Assembly: GCA_009783775.1 (NCBI GenBank)
Contig: WRCT01000002.1
Location: 1-33,667 of the forward strand
Direction of reading: 5' to 3'
DNA from: Clostridiales bacterium
Lineage (GTDB): Bacteria > Bacillota > Clostridia > Christensenellales > CAG-138
DNA length: 33,667 nt
Made by a program: the position numbers and the translations under genes. The notes under the pieces are model-generated. The model saw only the letters and a program-made list of their open reading frames with translations. It did no database searches and was not told the DNA's origin. Positions 1 through 8,969 of the stretch are shown piece by piece (position 1 is the stretch's first letter; the number at the start of each line of letters is the position of its first letter).

Positions 1-735
1 CCGCAAAGCATTCAATGTTACCTGCTGTAGATCGGGAGAAAACCCTGTTAGCGGAGAGGCAGGGTTTTTTTCATCGCCCAAACACTCTACCACAGCCAGC
101 GCTTCTGAGAAATCATCTTCCCTGCCATAGGCGCTCAGTGTAATCACACATTTCATGCCTGCGGCAGTTGCCGCCAAAAGCCCGATATGGGAATCTTCGA
201 TGACCAGGCATTCCTCAGCGGAAATGCCACAGGCTTCGGCTGCTATCCGATAGATGTCCGGCGCAGGCTTTTTGGCTTTTACTGCGTCACCCGCAAAGAT
301 ACGGCGAATCACACTGTCCATATCGCGGCCCAACAATGCCCGCGCTATCGCAGCGACACTTCTTTCATGAGCGGTGGAGCAGATACATACATATATACCG
401 GCCGCCGCTGCCTCCCGCATCAACCGGCGCACACCGGGGCGCGCCGGCAGAGAAGCCGCCAACTCCATGAATATCCCTGTTTTCAGCTTGTGCAGCCGCT
501 CGATATACGCGGCGGTAAGCACCTTCGGCGGGAATTGGTCGGGCTGTGCGTAAAAGGCGGCGGACAACCGTTCTTTGCCGCCGCCGATGGCCACCAGGCG
601 GCCGTACTCCTCTATGCTCCAGTGCAAATCAATGCCCTCGCGTGCAAAGGCCCGATTGAACGCCACTCGGTGCCCGTGCACTTCTGTTTCCGCAATCACG
701 CCGTCACAGTCAAACAGCAATGCTTTCAGCGCCAT
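1..735 (-). CDS. HAD-superfamily hydrolase, subfamily IA (CbbY / beta-phosphoglucomutase-like); C-terminus runs off the left edge
   Basis: Absent from the ORF track because it is open at the window edge. Minus-strand translation from ATG 735-733 gives MALKALLFDCDGVIAETEVHGHRVAFNRAF... It shows HAD motif I (FDCDGV), a KKPAPDIY Lys motif and VIEDSHIGLLAA (motif IV). A GAGGAG RBS lies just upstream. I translated down to position 1 without meeting a stop. Confidence 0.75.
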   Translation of the reverse strand, partial: MALKALLFDCDGVIAETEVHGHRVAFNRAFAREGIDLHWSIEEYGRLVAIGGGKERLSAAFYAQPDQFPPKVLTAAYIERLHKLKTGIFMELAASLPARPGVRRLMREAAAAGIYVCICSTAHERSVAAIARALLGRDMDSVIRRIFAGDAVKAKKPAPDIYRIAAEACGISAEECLVIEDSHIGLLAATAAGMKCVITLSAYGREDDFSEALAVVECLGDEKNPASPLTGFSPDLQQVTLNALR

Positions 736-744
736 AATATCTCC

Positions 745-1464
745 TCAAAATTCCAACCTGAGCTTTAGCTTGTCGCCGCGAAAGATCACCTTTGCAAATT
801 CAAACGGTACGCCATATTTATCCACAAGGGTATCTTGCAGCAACAGCAGTGGGTGCCCTGCGGGAATGTCGAGCAAGTCCGCCTCCGTCTTGGATGCAGC
901 GACCGATTCCAATTCTTCATATACACGGCTGCGGGTCAGCCCGTATTGTTTGCTGAGAATGGTGCAAAGCTGTTCCTCCACAAGGTTTTGGTTTTCCAGC
1001 CCGGGCGCAAGTTTCTCAGGAATATAGGAAATATGCAGACTCAACGGTTTGCCCTTGACTCCGCGCCGTCTTTGAATCACATAAACCTTTTCCTCGGCTC
1101 CCAACGCGAGTTTTTGGCGCACGTCCTTTGTGCCTCTGCACGCTTTCACCCCGAGCAATTCTGTTGTGACCTCGTAACCCAAACGCTCCAATTGCTCGCG
1201 AATACCCTCATAAAATAAAGATTTCGCATCAATCTTTTCCTCCGATACAAAGGTGCCCTTCCCCGCGATGCGAAACAACAACCCTTCCTGCACCAGTTTT
1301 GTAATGACATTCCGCACCGTCATTCGGCTGATGCCGTTTTCATTGCCCAGCTCGTTTTCGGAGGGGATGGGTGCGCCCGGCGCCCATTCTCCGGTGTGCA
1401 GCCTCCGGCGTATCGCTTCCTCCATCTGCCGATGCAGCGGCTTTGCGCATGTTTTGTCAATCAT
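745..1464 (-). CDS. GntR-family transcriptional regulator, HutC subfamily (wHTH + UTRA-like effector domain)
   Basis: ORF 745..1512 trimmed to ATG 1464 (MIDKTCAKPLHRQMEEAI...), which is preceded by a GGAGGA RBS. The GntR HTH signature is ENELGNENGISRMTVRNVITKLVQEGLL. The roughly 150-aa C-terminal domain is typical of UTRA. The gene sits 10 nt upstream of the HAD gene on the same strand. Confidence 0.85.
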   Translation of the reverse strand: MIDKTCAKPLHRQMEEAIRRRLHTGEWAPGAPIPSENELGNENGISRMTVRNVITKLVQEGLLFRIAGKGTFVSEEKIDAKSLFYEGIREQLERLGYEVTTELLGVKACRGTKDVRQKLALGAEEKVYVIQRRRGVKGKPLSLHISYIPEKLAPGLENQNLVEEQLCTILSKQYGLTRSRVYEELESVAASKTEADLLDIPAGHPLLLLQDTLVDKYGVPFEFAKVIFRGDKLKLRLEF

Positions 1465-1530
1465 AAAACTTCCTCCTGAAGACAGTATATCAAATATAAC
1501 AGGTAAATACAAGTATATTTATGTTTCCTA

Positions 1531-1573
1531 TTGACATTTCCGCCATTACGTGGTAGTCTTGTATATACCTGTA
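1531..1573 (+). promoter_or_regulatory. Candidate sulfatase-operon promoter with a HutC-type operator core
   Basis: TTGACA (1531-1536), a 17-nt spacer, then a weak -10 TAGTCT (1554-1559). The perfect palindrome GTATATAC (1561-1568) follows immediately and fits the GT-n-TA-n-AC core described for HutC-subfamily GntR operators. It lies in the divergent intergenic region between the GntR gene and the sulfatase gene. Confidence 0.35.
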
Positions 1574-1663
1574 CGACATGGAGAGCGAATCGAAACCAAG
1601 CTGATTGCGCTGCTGGGGGAAGCGGAATCACTACTGTGAACGTTATTGTGAGGAGACAACGTT

Positions 1664-3958
1664 ATGAACGAAAAAACAACCATTGAACCCGACCGAAGCG
1701 TTCTGCCAATCCAAGCGCCCGCCAATCCGCCCTGTGAAGCGGTGAATGCGGCAGCGTCCACGCCCCCACCCAGGTTTGCCGTCAAAGCACCTGCGGGCGC
1801 GCCCAACGTTGTGCTGGTCTTGCTTGACGACATGGGCTTTGGCGCCTGTGATACGTTCGGCGGACCCATTCCCATGCGCGCGGCCAATCGGCTGGCGGAA
1901 AACGGGCTGCGCTATACCCGCTTTCACACTACGGCTCTGTGTGCGCCGACACGCGCCGCTATACTGACAGGCTACAACCATCACACCAACAATATGGGGT
2001 CCATTCCGGAGCTGGGCACGGCTTTTCCGGGCAACACCAGCGTTCGTCCGGCTACCGTCACCCCCTTGGCCAGAATCCTGCGCGACAATGGCTACGCCAC
2101 CGCTCAGTTCGGAAAATGCCATGAGGTGCCCACGTGGGAGATTACGCCCTTTGGGCCCTTTGACCACTGGCCAACGTCCACGGGATTTGATAAATTCTAT
2201 GGATTTGTGGGCTGCCAAACCAACCAGTACAGCCCGCAGTTATACGACGGCACGAGGCGCCTTCCCGTTCCGAATCGTGCGGGATATCATCTGACGGAGG
2301 ATCTGGCAGATAAAGCAATCGATTGGATGCGGTTTCAGAAGGCCTTGTTTGCCGACAAGCCTTTCTTCCTTTATTTCGCTCCGGGCGCTACCCATACGCC
2401 CCACCAGGTGCCTAGAGAATATGTCGACCGATTCAAAGGCTGTTTTGACGAGGGCTGGGACGCCCTGCGTATAAAAACCTTGGCGCGTATGAAAGACATG
2501 GGCATTGTGCCGCAGGACACCAAGCTGGCGGAAAAACCGGCGGATATCGCCGACTGGGATTCCCACACGCCACGGGAAAAGGAATTGCTGGCACGGGAGA
2601 TGGAGGTCTATGCGGCGTTTGCGGCGCATACGGACGATCAGATCAATCGGCTAATCGACTGTCTGGAGGATATGGACATTCTGGACAACACCCTCTTCTT
2701 GTATGTGCTGGGGGATAACGGGGCCAGCGCAGAGGGGCAGGCTCGTGGGCTGTATAATGAGCAGACCCAGCTGAACGGTATCCCCGAGGACTTTGCGTTC
2801 TTTTACAACAACATGGATAAGCTGGGCAGCGACGAGGCCTATAACCAGTATGCCATGGGGTGGGCGATCGCGGCGGACGCCCCCTTTACCTGGGCCAAGC
2901 AGGTGGCTTCCGATTTTGGCGGCACCCGCAACGGCCTGGTGGTGCATTATCCCAAAGAAATTCAAAACGGGGGCGGGTTGCGGACGCAGTTCCACCATTG
3001 CGTGGATCTCGCCCCCACCATTTTGGAGGCCGCAGGCATTGACCATCCTCACACGGTGGACGGCGTGCCGCAGCGTCCGCTCGAGGGCAAGAGCATGGCC
3101 TACAGCTTCCGTGAAGAGAAGGCCCCCTCCGTTCGCAATACTCAGTATTTTTGCAATATGTCAAACTACGGCATCTACCATGAGGGGTGGTTTGCCGGGG
3201 TGGTTGGCAAGTATCCCTGGAGCGGAGCGCCGAGGTATAAGTCTTACGAAGAAGGCGTATGGGAGCTCTATGATATCGAAAAAGACTTTTCTCTCTCAAC
3301 CAATCTGGCGGGGCGGTTTCCCGATAAAGTGACGGCTATGAAAGCGGTGTTTGAAGACGAGGCGCGAAAATATAACGTGTTTCCCATCGACAACCGCGGA
3401 AACCCACTATTTACCGCCAAGGTTGCCGGGCGGCCCGATCTTTCCGCTTCGCTCAAGTCCTTGTCGCTGCGGGCGGGCATGGAAAGTATGCAGGAAACCT
3501 GCTTCCCCAATTTGAAAAACACCTCTTACAGGATTACGGCGGACATTGATGTGCAGGACGGCTGCATGGATGGCGTGATTCTGTGCCAGGGGGGGAAGTT
3601 CGGCGGTTGGAGCCTGTATGTGCATCAAGGCGTGCCCACCTTCTGCTATAACTTTCTGGCGCAAAAACGGTATTATGTGCGCGCGCAAAACGCATTGGTG
3701 GCAGGAAAGAATCAAATTGAGATTGATTTTCGTTATGACGGCGGCGGACAGGGCGCGGGTGGTTTGTTCCGACTGTCTGTCAACGGCATTCCACACGCGG
3801 AGCAGCGCGCGGAACAAACCTTCTCCTGCAATACTTCCTTTGATGAAACCGCAAATGCCGGCGTGGATATCGGCACGCCTGTCTCTGAGGAATATACCTG
3901 CGCGAACAGCCGCTTTCAGGGTGACATCTATCGGGTTCATGTGCAAATCGAACCATGA
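1664..3958 (+). CDS. Cys-type (formylglycine-dependent) arylsulfatase-family sulfatase, apparently cytoplasmic
   Basis: 764 aa. The metal-site motif LLDDMGFG and the sulfatase signature CAPTRAAILTG (C-x-P-x-R...LTG) are both present. The N-terminus (MNEKTTIEPDRSVLPIQAPANPP...) has no hydrophobic signal peptide. A GAGGAG RBS precedes the start. Confidence 0.9.
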   Translation: MNEKTTIEPDRSVLPIQAPANPPCEAVNAAASTPPPRFAVKAPAGAPNVVLVLLDDMGFGACDTFGGPIPMRAANRLAENGLRYTRFHTTALCAPTRAAILTGYNHHTNNMGSIPELGTAFPGNTSVRPATVTPLARILRDNGYATAQFGKCHEVPTWEITPFGPFDHWPTSTGFDKFYGFVGCQTNQYSPQLYDGTRRLPVPNRAGYHLTEDLADKAIDWMRFQKALFADKPFFLYFAPGATHTPHQVPREYVDRFKGCFDEGWDALRIKTLARMKDMGIVPQDTKLAEKPADIADWDSHTPREKELLAREMEVYAAFAAHTDDQINRLIDCLEDMDILDNTLFLYVLGDNGASAEGQARGLYNEQTQLNGIPEDFAFFYNNMDKLGSDEAYNQYAMGWAIAADAPFTWAKQVASDFGGTRNGLVVHYPKEIQNGGGLRTQFHHCVDLAPTILEAAGIDHPHTVDGVPQRPLEGKSMAYSFREEKAPSVRNTQYFCNMSNYGIYHEGWFAGVVGKYPWSGAPRYKSYEEGVWELYDIEKDFSLSTNLAGRFPDKVTAMKAVFEDEARKYNVFPIDNRGNPLFTAKVAGRPDLSASLKSLSLRAGMESMQETCFPNLKNTSYRITADIDVQDGCMDGVILCQGGKFGGWSLYVHQGVPTFCYNFLAQKRYYVRAQNALVAGKNQIEIDFRYDGGGQGAGGLFRLSVNGIPHAEQRAEQTFSCNTSFDETANAGVDIGTPVSEEYTCANSRFQGDIYRVHVQIEP

Positions 3959-3973
3959 GAGAATGAGGGCATT

Positions 3974-4798
3974 ATGAAGAACAATTTGTTTTGCCGGATC
4001 TTGGCGGACGCGCAAAAGAGCAGCTCTGCCGTTGCGGCAATCAACATCTTAAATCACCTGACGGTATGCGCGGTTGTGAAGGCTGCGGAACAGGCGGGCA
4101 GGCCGGTCATTTTACAACCGTCGGTCGGTACGGTGCGGCGCTATGGGGTGGAGGCGCTTTACCATATGATCAATGTGTCCAAGCGGAACGCGCGTGTGCC
4201 GGTAGCGCTGCATTTGGATCACTGCATGGATATTGCCTTGGCAAAAGCCTGTATCCGGACCGGCTGGGACTCTGTTATGGTGGATTTTTCCGCTTTGCCC
4301 TTCGAAGAGAATGTGGCGCGGACACGGGAGGTTGTGCTGTATGCGCATCGGTATGGTGTGGCCGTGGAAGGGGAGATTGGCATCATAGCCGGCGTGGAGG
4401 ATGGGATTGTGCAGGATGCCGCCTGCCCCGCCTCCTTTGTGGAGACGGTGGCGTATGTAGAGCAAACCGGAATCGATGCGGTCGCGCCCGCCATCGGCAC
4501 GGCCCACGGCCTCTACACGGGCATTCCCAAGTTGAATTTTACCCTGGTGCGAGAGCTGGGCCGCCGCTATGTCCCAGTCGTGGTGCATGGCGGAACCGGC
4601 CTGCCGAAAGAGGGTTTTCTAAAACTGATTCAATGCGGTGCGGCAAAAATCAATATCTCTACCGCCTTGAAACAGGTTTATTTGGGAGCAGCTCGGAAGG
4701 CGCTTGCGGAGGAAAGCATCGCGCCGCTGACCTTTGACCAAGCCGTTGAGGCGGCGTGTATGTCTGCCATGGAGGCCTTTATTCGTTTGTTTGCGTAG
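3974..4798 (+). CDS. Class II (metal-dependent) ketose-bisphosphate aldolase family (FBA / tagatose-bisphosphate aldolase-like)
   Basis: 274 aa. Family motifs seen: AINILNH, LHLDHC, VEGEIGIIAGVED, AIGTAHGLY and VVHGGTGLP. It starts 16 nt after the sulfatase stop, so it is probably co-transcribed. Confidence 0.85.
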   Translation: MKNNLFCRILADAQKSSSAVAAINILNHLTVCAVVKAAEQAGRPVILQPSVGTVRRYGVEALYHMINVSKRNARVPVALHLDHCMDIALAKACIRTGWDSVMVDFSALPFEENVARTREVVLYAHRYGVAVEGEIGIIAGVEDGIVQDAACPASFVETVAYVEQTGIDAVAPAIGTAHGLYTGIPKLNFTLVRELGRRYVPVVVHGGTGLPKEGFLKLIQCGAAKINISTALKQVYLGAARKALAEESIAPLTFDQAVEAACMSAMEAFIRLFA

Positions 4799-4865
4799 GG
4801 AGAGGCAGTTTATGCTTTTTTAAAAGGGCAGCTTGTCCCAACAACCTCGCCGAAACACGATTTTA

Positions 4866-5969
4866 TCATTTCAATAACACTCTGCCCGTGGCACACAGCG
4901 CGTCAAGTCGTTCGTCCAACAGCCTTCGATAGCCGCAAAAGCCACTTTCGCCCACGTACATGGCGCGGGTCAGGCGTTTGCAGCCGCCTTGACAGGCCGT
5001 TTGGTAGCGGCAACGTTCGCAGGCCTTCGGCAGTATAACGCGGCGCTGCAAAAAACCGCTCACCGCCGCATTGCCAAGGGCCTCGTGCAAGCCCATATCG
5101 CAAAAATTGCCCAAGCGGTATGCGTCCAGCACATAGAAATCGCAAGGGTAGACTCCTCCGTCTGCCTCCACGATATTTTGCGGGCGGCATTGGCCGTCCA
5201 TGCCGCAGGCCGTCGCCTGTCCGCGGACAAATTGGTTTACGATGTCGTCAAACAGCTTTACGCTGATATAGTTGCCCGCCAGTGCCTGCTTTTGCCAGAG
5301 GGGGAACAGCGCGGTATAAAATTCATAAAAACGCCGCGAGGTCAGCGCCCAGGGGGATTCCTCCTCCGCGTCAAGCGCATCCAGACAGGGGATGAACTGG
5401 ATGTAACGAAGATTCTGCGCCAGAATAAAACGCCACAGCTTCTGCGGATGGCGCGCAGCCTCGTTTGTCAGCACGCAGAGCATATTATAGTCCACATCGT
5501 GCGCATCCATTCGTCGCTTGGCCTCCATCACGCGGTTGAAACAGCCTCTGCCCATACCGTCCACTCGATTTTGGTTGTGCAGTGCCGCGGCGCCGTCCAG
5601 AGAGAGTCCCACCAGAAAGCCTTTTGCTTTCAAAAAGGCGCACCAGTCCTCGTCCAGCAGAATACCGTTGGTTTGCAATGCCCACGAGAGCCGAACCTGC
5701 TTTGGTTGGGTCTCGGCTTTCTTCACGAAATCTTTGAAAAAGTCCAGGCCCGCCAGAGTGGGCTCCCCACCCTGAAAGGCGAGGGTGAGGCTGTCGCCCT
5801 CCTCGATGTCTTTCCACAGCCCCGCAATTATTGCATACGCCGTTGTGCGAGACATAAGGCCATAGTTGGCCGTCTCCCGCTTCTGGCTGACATCGGCGTA
5901 AAAACAATAGCGGCAACGCAGGTTGCACAACGACGAGGCCGGTTTGAGCATAACGGAAAACTCCCTCAT
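4866..5969 (-). CDS. Anaerobic sulfatase-maturating enzyme (radical SAM / SPASM, anSME)
   Basis: 367 aa. MLKPASSLCNLRCRYCFY carries the CX3CX2C radical-SAM cluster. Cys-rich SPASM segments include CGMDGQC, CDFY and CERCRYQTACQGGC. ATG 5969 overlaps the TSUP stop as ATGA. An alternative start exists at Met7 (5951). Confidence 0.9.
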   Translation of the reverse strand: MREFSVMLKPASSLCNLRCRYCFYADVSQKRETANYGLMSRTTAYAIIAGLWKDIEEGDSLTLAFQGGEPTLAGLDFFKDFVKKAETQPKQVRLSWALQTNGILLDEDWCAFLKAKGFLVGLSLDGAAALHNQNRVDGMGRGCFNRVMEAKRRMDAHDVDYNMLCVLTNEAARHPQKLWRFILAQNLRYIQFIPCLDALDAEEESPWALTSRRFYEFYTALFPLWQKQALAGNYISVKLFDDIVNQFVRGQATACGMDGQCRPQNIVEADGGVYPCDFYVLDAYRLGNFCDMGLHEALGNAAVSGFLQRRVILPKACERCRYQTACQGGCKRLTRAMYVGESGFCGYRRLLDERLDALCATGRVLLK

Positions 5970-6760
5970 ATGGCATTCCCCAGGCTGCGCAGAATGTTAA
6001 GGAGACACAGACAAAAGGCCAAGACCTGCGCGGCATTGAACAGGATGTCGGTGGCCTTTGCGCTCGTATGCCGATGCGTGTATGCCCCGATGAGTCCGCC
6101 CGCCACTGCACCGGCCAGCATTACAGGCAGCATCGACAGCGCATAACCCCCAAAGCCGCCGGCGAGCAGGGTGAGCAGTAAATTGGCGCCCTGGCTGAAG
6201 AGGATGGTGAGCAGGGAGCAGAGCGCAGCCGTTTTGGTGGAAAAACCGAATACAAAGATAATCAGCGCCACATTGATGGGACCGCCCCCAATGCCGAGGA
6301 AGGAGGAGGTAATTCCTAAAAACAGCCCCGTCAGCGCGGAGGACGCAATTCCTGCACGGTTCAGCGAGGGCAGTTTTTGCTTGTGCAGCATATAAACAAA
6401 CACGGCCACGATCAGCATGGCCAGAACAATGTTTTGCACAACTGTGGTTTGGGAAGACCTGCCGCCGTCCGCCAAAAGCCTTCGCAGGAGCAGGTTGCCC
6501 GCATTGCCGCCCAAGGCCGCCCCCGCCGCAAGAGGTATAGTTATGTTTTTTTGTGGTCTGTATGGGCTTTTGCGCTGCCGCCAAAGCGACACCGCCGACA
6601 TGACAAAGACCGTGGCGGAGGACAGGACCGAGATGCTTGCCACGTCATAGTGGCCGAGCATATCCAGCGCCGGCTTGAGGATCACGCCGCCGCCCATGCC
6701 CGTCGCCGCACCTATTGCGGTGGCAAGGATCGACAAGACAAAATAAAGAAGATAGCGCAT
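5966..6760 (-). CDS. TSUP-family (TauE/SafE-like) anion exporter, membrane protein
   Basis: 264 aa, polytopic and Gly-rich, with an internal duplication. The N-terminus MRYLLYFVLSILATAIGAATGMGGGVILKP is typical of the TauE/SafE (DUF81) family. Confidence 0.85.
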   Translation of the reverse strand: MRYLLYFVLSILATAIGAATGMGGGVILKPALDMLGHYDVASISVLSSATVFVMSAVSLWRQRKSPYRPQKNITIPLAAGAALGGNAGNLLLRRLLADGGRSSQTTVVQNIVLAMLIVAVFVYMLHKQKLPSLNRAGIASSALTGLFLGITSSFLGIGGGPINVALIIFVFGFSTKTAALCSLLTILFSQGANLLLTLLAGGFGGYALSMLPVMLAGAVAGGLIGAYTHRHTSAKATDILFNAAQVLAFCLCLLNILRSLGNAI

Positions 6761-6764
6761 GGGC

Positions 6765-7544
6765 CTATACCATGATCAGCGAGATGCCCTTTTCCGTGAT
6801 CAGCTCCTGCCAATAGACCGGCAGGTTTTTATCCGTAATGATTTTATTGAAATCGGCAATGTCCGCAAAATAGCAGGATTTCACAATGCCGAACTTGCTG
6901 GAATCCAAGACAAGGATTCGCTCCGCGCCGGACTCCAGAATGGCCTGTTTGGTATGCAGCTCATAGTTGTTCGTGCAGGTTACGCCCAAGGACTCGTGCA
7001 CGCCCGCCGCAGACACAAAGACCTTGGACGCACGGGTCCTCTTTATGAGGGAGACGCTTTCAGCGCTCTCGAACATATAGGTGTCCGAATGAAAATATCC
7101 ACCGCCGAAAATCAGTCGGATGTTGGGCTTGTCACAAACCTTGTTGATGATGTTCAAATTACAGCTTAAGATAGTCAGGCGCAGCTCGTTGGGAATATAG
7201 TCCGCGATATGCTCGGTGGTGGTGCCGTTGTCAATGATGATACAGTCGTCCAACTCAATCAGGGAAGCGCCGCAGACGCCGATTTTCTCCTTTTCCTTGA
7301 CATGGGCGGTGCCCGCCCGCATTAGCGAATACTCGTCGTTAACCACCTGCAACAGATTCTGCGTCTCATACAGTACCGATCCGCGCACATTTGCCACGAT
7401 ACCCTTGCCTTTTAATATCTCCAGATCCCTGCGTATGGTCATTTCCGAAACCTGCAACAGGGAAGCCAGCTCCTTTATCGTTGTACGCTGCTTCCTATAG
7501 AGTATTTCTATCAGTTGGTTGGTTCGATCTACTTGTTTTTTCAT
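6765..7544 (-). CDS. DeoR-family transcriptional regulator (HTH + DeoR-C sugar-phosphate sensor domain)
   Basis: 259 aa. The DeoR HTH is RTNQLIEILYRKQRTTIKELASLLQVSEMTIRRDLEIL. The C-terminal domain is DeoR-C-like (IIDNGTTT..., FVSAAGV...). Its stop lies 4 nt before the TSUP start codon. Confidence 0.9.
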   Translation of the reverse strand: MKKQVDRTNQLIEILYRKQRTTIKELASLLQVSEMTIRRDLEILKGKGIVANVRGSVLYETQNLLQVVNDEYSLMRAGTAHVKEKEKIGVCGASLIELDDCIIIDNGTTTEHIADYIPNELRLTILSCNLNIINKVCDKPNIRLIFGGGYFHSDTYMFESAESVSLIKRTRASKVFVSAAGVHESLGVTCTNNYELHTKQAILESGAERILVLDSSKFGIVKSCYFADIADFNKIITDKNLPVYWQELITEKGISLIMV

Positions 7545-7579
7545 GATTGTCCCTGCTCTTTTATTTTTTCACATACTTC

Positions 7580-7620
7580 ATTATAAGTAAATGTTTCACA
7601 TATTTCAACAATATTTGTTG
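7580..7620 (-). promoter_or_regulatory. Candidate sigma-A promoter of the DeoR gene with an overlapping palindromic operator
   Basis: On the minus strand: TTGAAA (7608-7603), 17 nt, TATAAT (7585-7580). The palindrome CAACAA-TAT-TTGTTG (7606-7620) overlaps the -35. A near-identical palindrome occurs at 14506-14526. Confidence 0.45.
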
Positions 7621-7631
7621 TTTTACCAACA

Positions 7632-8966
7632 TCATTGCTCCCCGGCATTTTTCACCGCGTTCATAAACCTGCGGTGATAAGTGATGACCTGCGGGGCGGA
7701 CGTAAACCTGGCCAGGTAATTCGGCTCCGTCGTGATCACGATTTTGTCCGTCATATCGGCAAACTCGGGCTCTGTCATCAACTTATCCAGGTCGGGATAA
7801 TTTTTTGAACCCTCCATGCTGCAAACGATTAATCTGGTATCTTTCAGATTGGAGTTTCGCAGCATACGAAGACTGTGCCTGACCCCATCCATACCGTCAA
7901 AGCCCTCTTTTTCATTAATTTTGCGGTATGTGATGGCTTCTCGCGCGATTCTCTCAACAAGACGAAGGCTTGCGTTCCCGTCTTCCCCCGACAGGAAGTC
8001 CCATTCGATGAGAAAGCTTCTCAAGTCCGACAGGAACCGTTCGTCACAGGTTTTCTCATAGGCGTGGAGCAAGCCGTTGATATAGGTCGTAATCCCCACG
8101 CGTTGGCGCACAAAGCTGTTGATGAAATACGGTTTCGCCTGCAGCGCCATACCGGTCTGCCAAGGCTCGAACATTAGGGTATAATTTACGCGGTAACCGT
8201 GTTCGTGTAGTTTTAAGGCAAGGTTATGCCCATGCAGGTAATCCGCCGTAGAGGCCTCATTATACCGCGTGGACAGGCGCTTGCTGCCCTGCAACAGTTG
8301 ATGCACATTGGACGCGTTCACCGGGCCGGTGTGGGGAACTTTAATAACCACCCTATATTCGGAGAGCATCTCTTTGAATTCCTGCACCTCCTCCAGGATC
8401 TGATTAAAGTCCGCAAAGGGGTCATTTACCTCTACACTAATGTCGCAACCGGGTCCGAGGATGCGCCCAATCTCTCGCATGACCTCATTTCGGTTTTTAT
8501 ATTTTCTCCCCACGTTTGCCTTCGGGTTGTTGATGAACAAGTCATAGATGATCCCGGGGTTACAGGTCAGGTTTCCGATCAGGTTTTTGATCGGCTCGAT
8601 CTCATAGGGGTTTGCCGAGTCCGCAGAAAAAATGAACCGGGTGGCGCGTTTTTTGCCATTTTTGTCGTAGGAAATATCTCTGACCAAATCTATTTCCAAA
8701 TGCATATTGGGCTTCATATTATATTCGATCCGAAAGCCCGCAGGAGTCTCCTCTTCCGGCGTTTTGAAATAATCGATCACCTGCTTGAATCTCGCGCTCA
8801 CCCCAATGGACTTGACGGTCCGCAAAAAGAATGCATACTCCGAAAACCGGATTTCTTTATGCAATGCACGCTTTGCATAAGGTTCCTCTGCGGCCGCAAC
8901 AAGGGACTGGCCCTGTATCAAAGAACCCAAATTATAATTGATGCCTTCCGTTCTAACTGCCTCCAT
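7632..8966 (-). CDS. Transaldolase / fructose-6-phosphate-aldolase (TalC/MipB) superfamily protein, atypical long form
   Basis: 444 aa. The core aligns by eye with FSA/TalC. IFSADS...LTCNPGIIY matches LDTS...VTTNPSII. RVVIKVPHTGP matches the Schiff-base Lys motif VVKVP. RVNYTLMFEPWQ matches the N-x-T-L-x-F motif. It also has an N-terminal extension of about 100 aa, an internal insert and a C-terminal extension of about 130 aa, none with a recognisable family. Confidence 0.7.
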   Translation of the reverse strand: MEAVRTEGINYNLGSLIQGQSLVAAAEEPYAKRALHKEIRFSEYAFFLRTVKSIGVSARFKQVIDYFKTPEEETPAGFRIEYNMKPNMHLEIDLVRDISYDKNGKKRATRFIFSADSANPYEIEPIKNLIGNLTCNPGIIYDLFINNPKANVGRKYKNRNEVMREIGRILGPGCDISVEVNDPFADFNQILEEVQEFKEMLSEYRVVIKVPHTGPVNASNVHQLLQGSKRLSTRYNEASTADYLHGHNLALKLHEHGYRVNYTLMFEPWQTGMALQAKPYFINSFVRQRVGITTYINGLLHAYEKTCDERFLSDLRSFLIEWDFLSGEDGNASLRLVERIAREAITYRKINEKEGFDGMDGVRHSLRMLRNSNLKDTRLIVCSMEGSKNYPDLDKLMTEPEFADMTDKIVITTEPNYLARFTSAPQVITYHRRFMNAVKNAGEQ

Positions 8967-8969
8967 ACC

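Noticed and set aside
39-70. Hairpin AACCCTG-N12-CAGGGTT followed by a T-run, which looks like a + strand terminator
   Set aside because: It lies inside the open minus-strand HAD reading frame, which continues to position 1, and no + strand gene ends here. It is probably coincidental.
187-1027. ORFs 187..768 (+, 193 aa) and 575..1027 (+, 150 aa)
   Set aside because: They are antisense to the HAD hydrolase and GntR genes, which have clear family motifs and RBSs. Their translations are Arg/Ser/Cys-rich with no recognisable domain.
4799-4865. Terminator between the convergent aldolase and anSME genes
   Set aside because: Only weak, mismatched stems could be drawn, so there is not enough support to call a feature.
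4989-6146. 385-aa ORF on the + strand
   Set aside because: It is antisense to the anSME and TSUP genes, has no motifs, and is typical GC-rich shadow-frame sequence.
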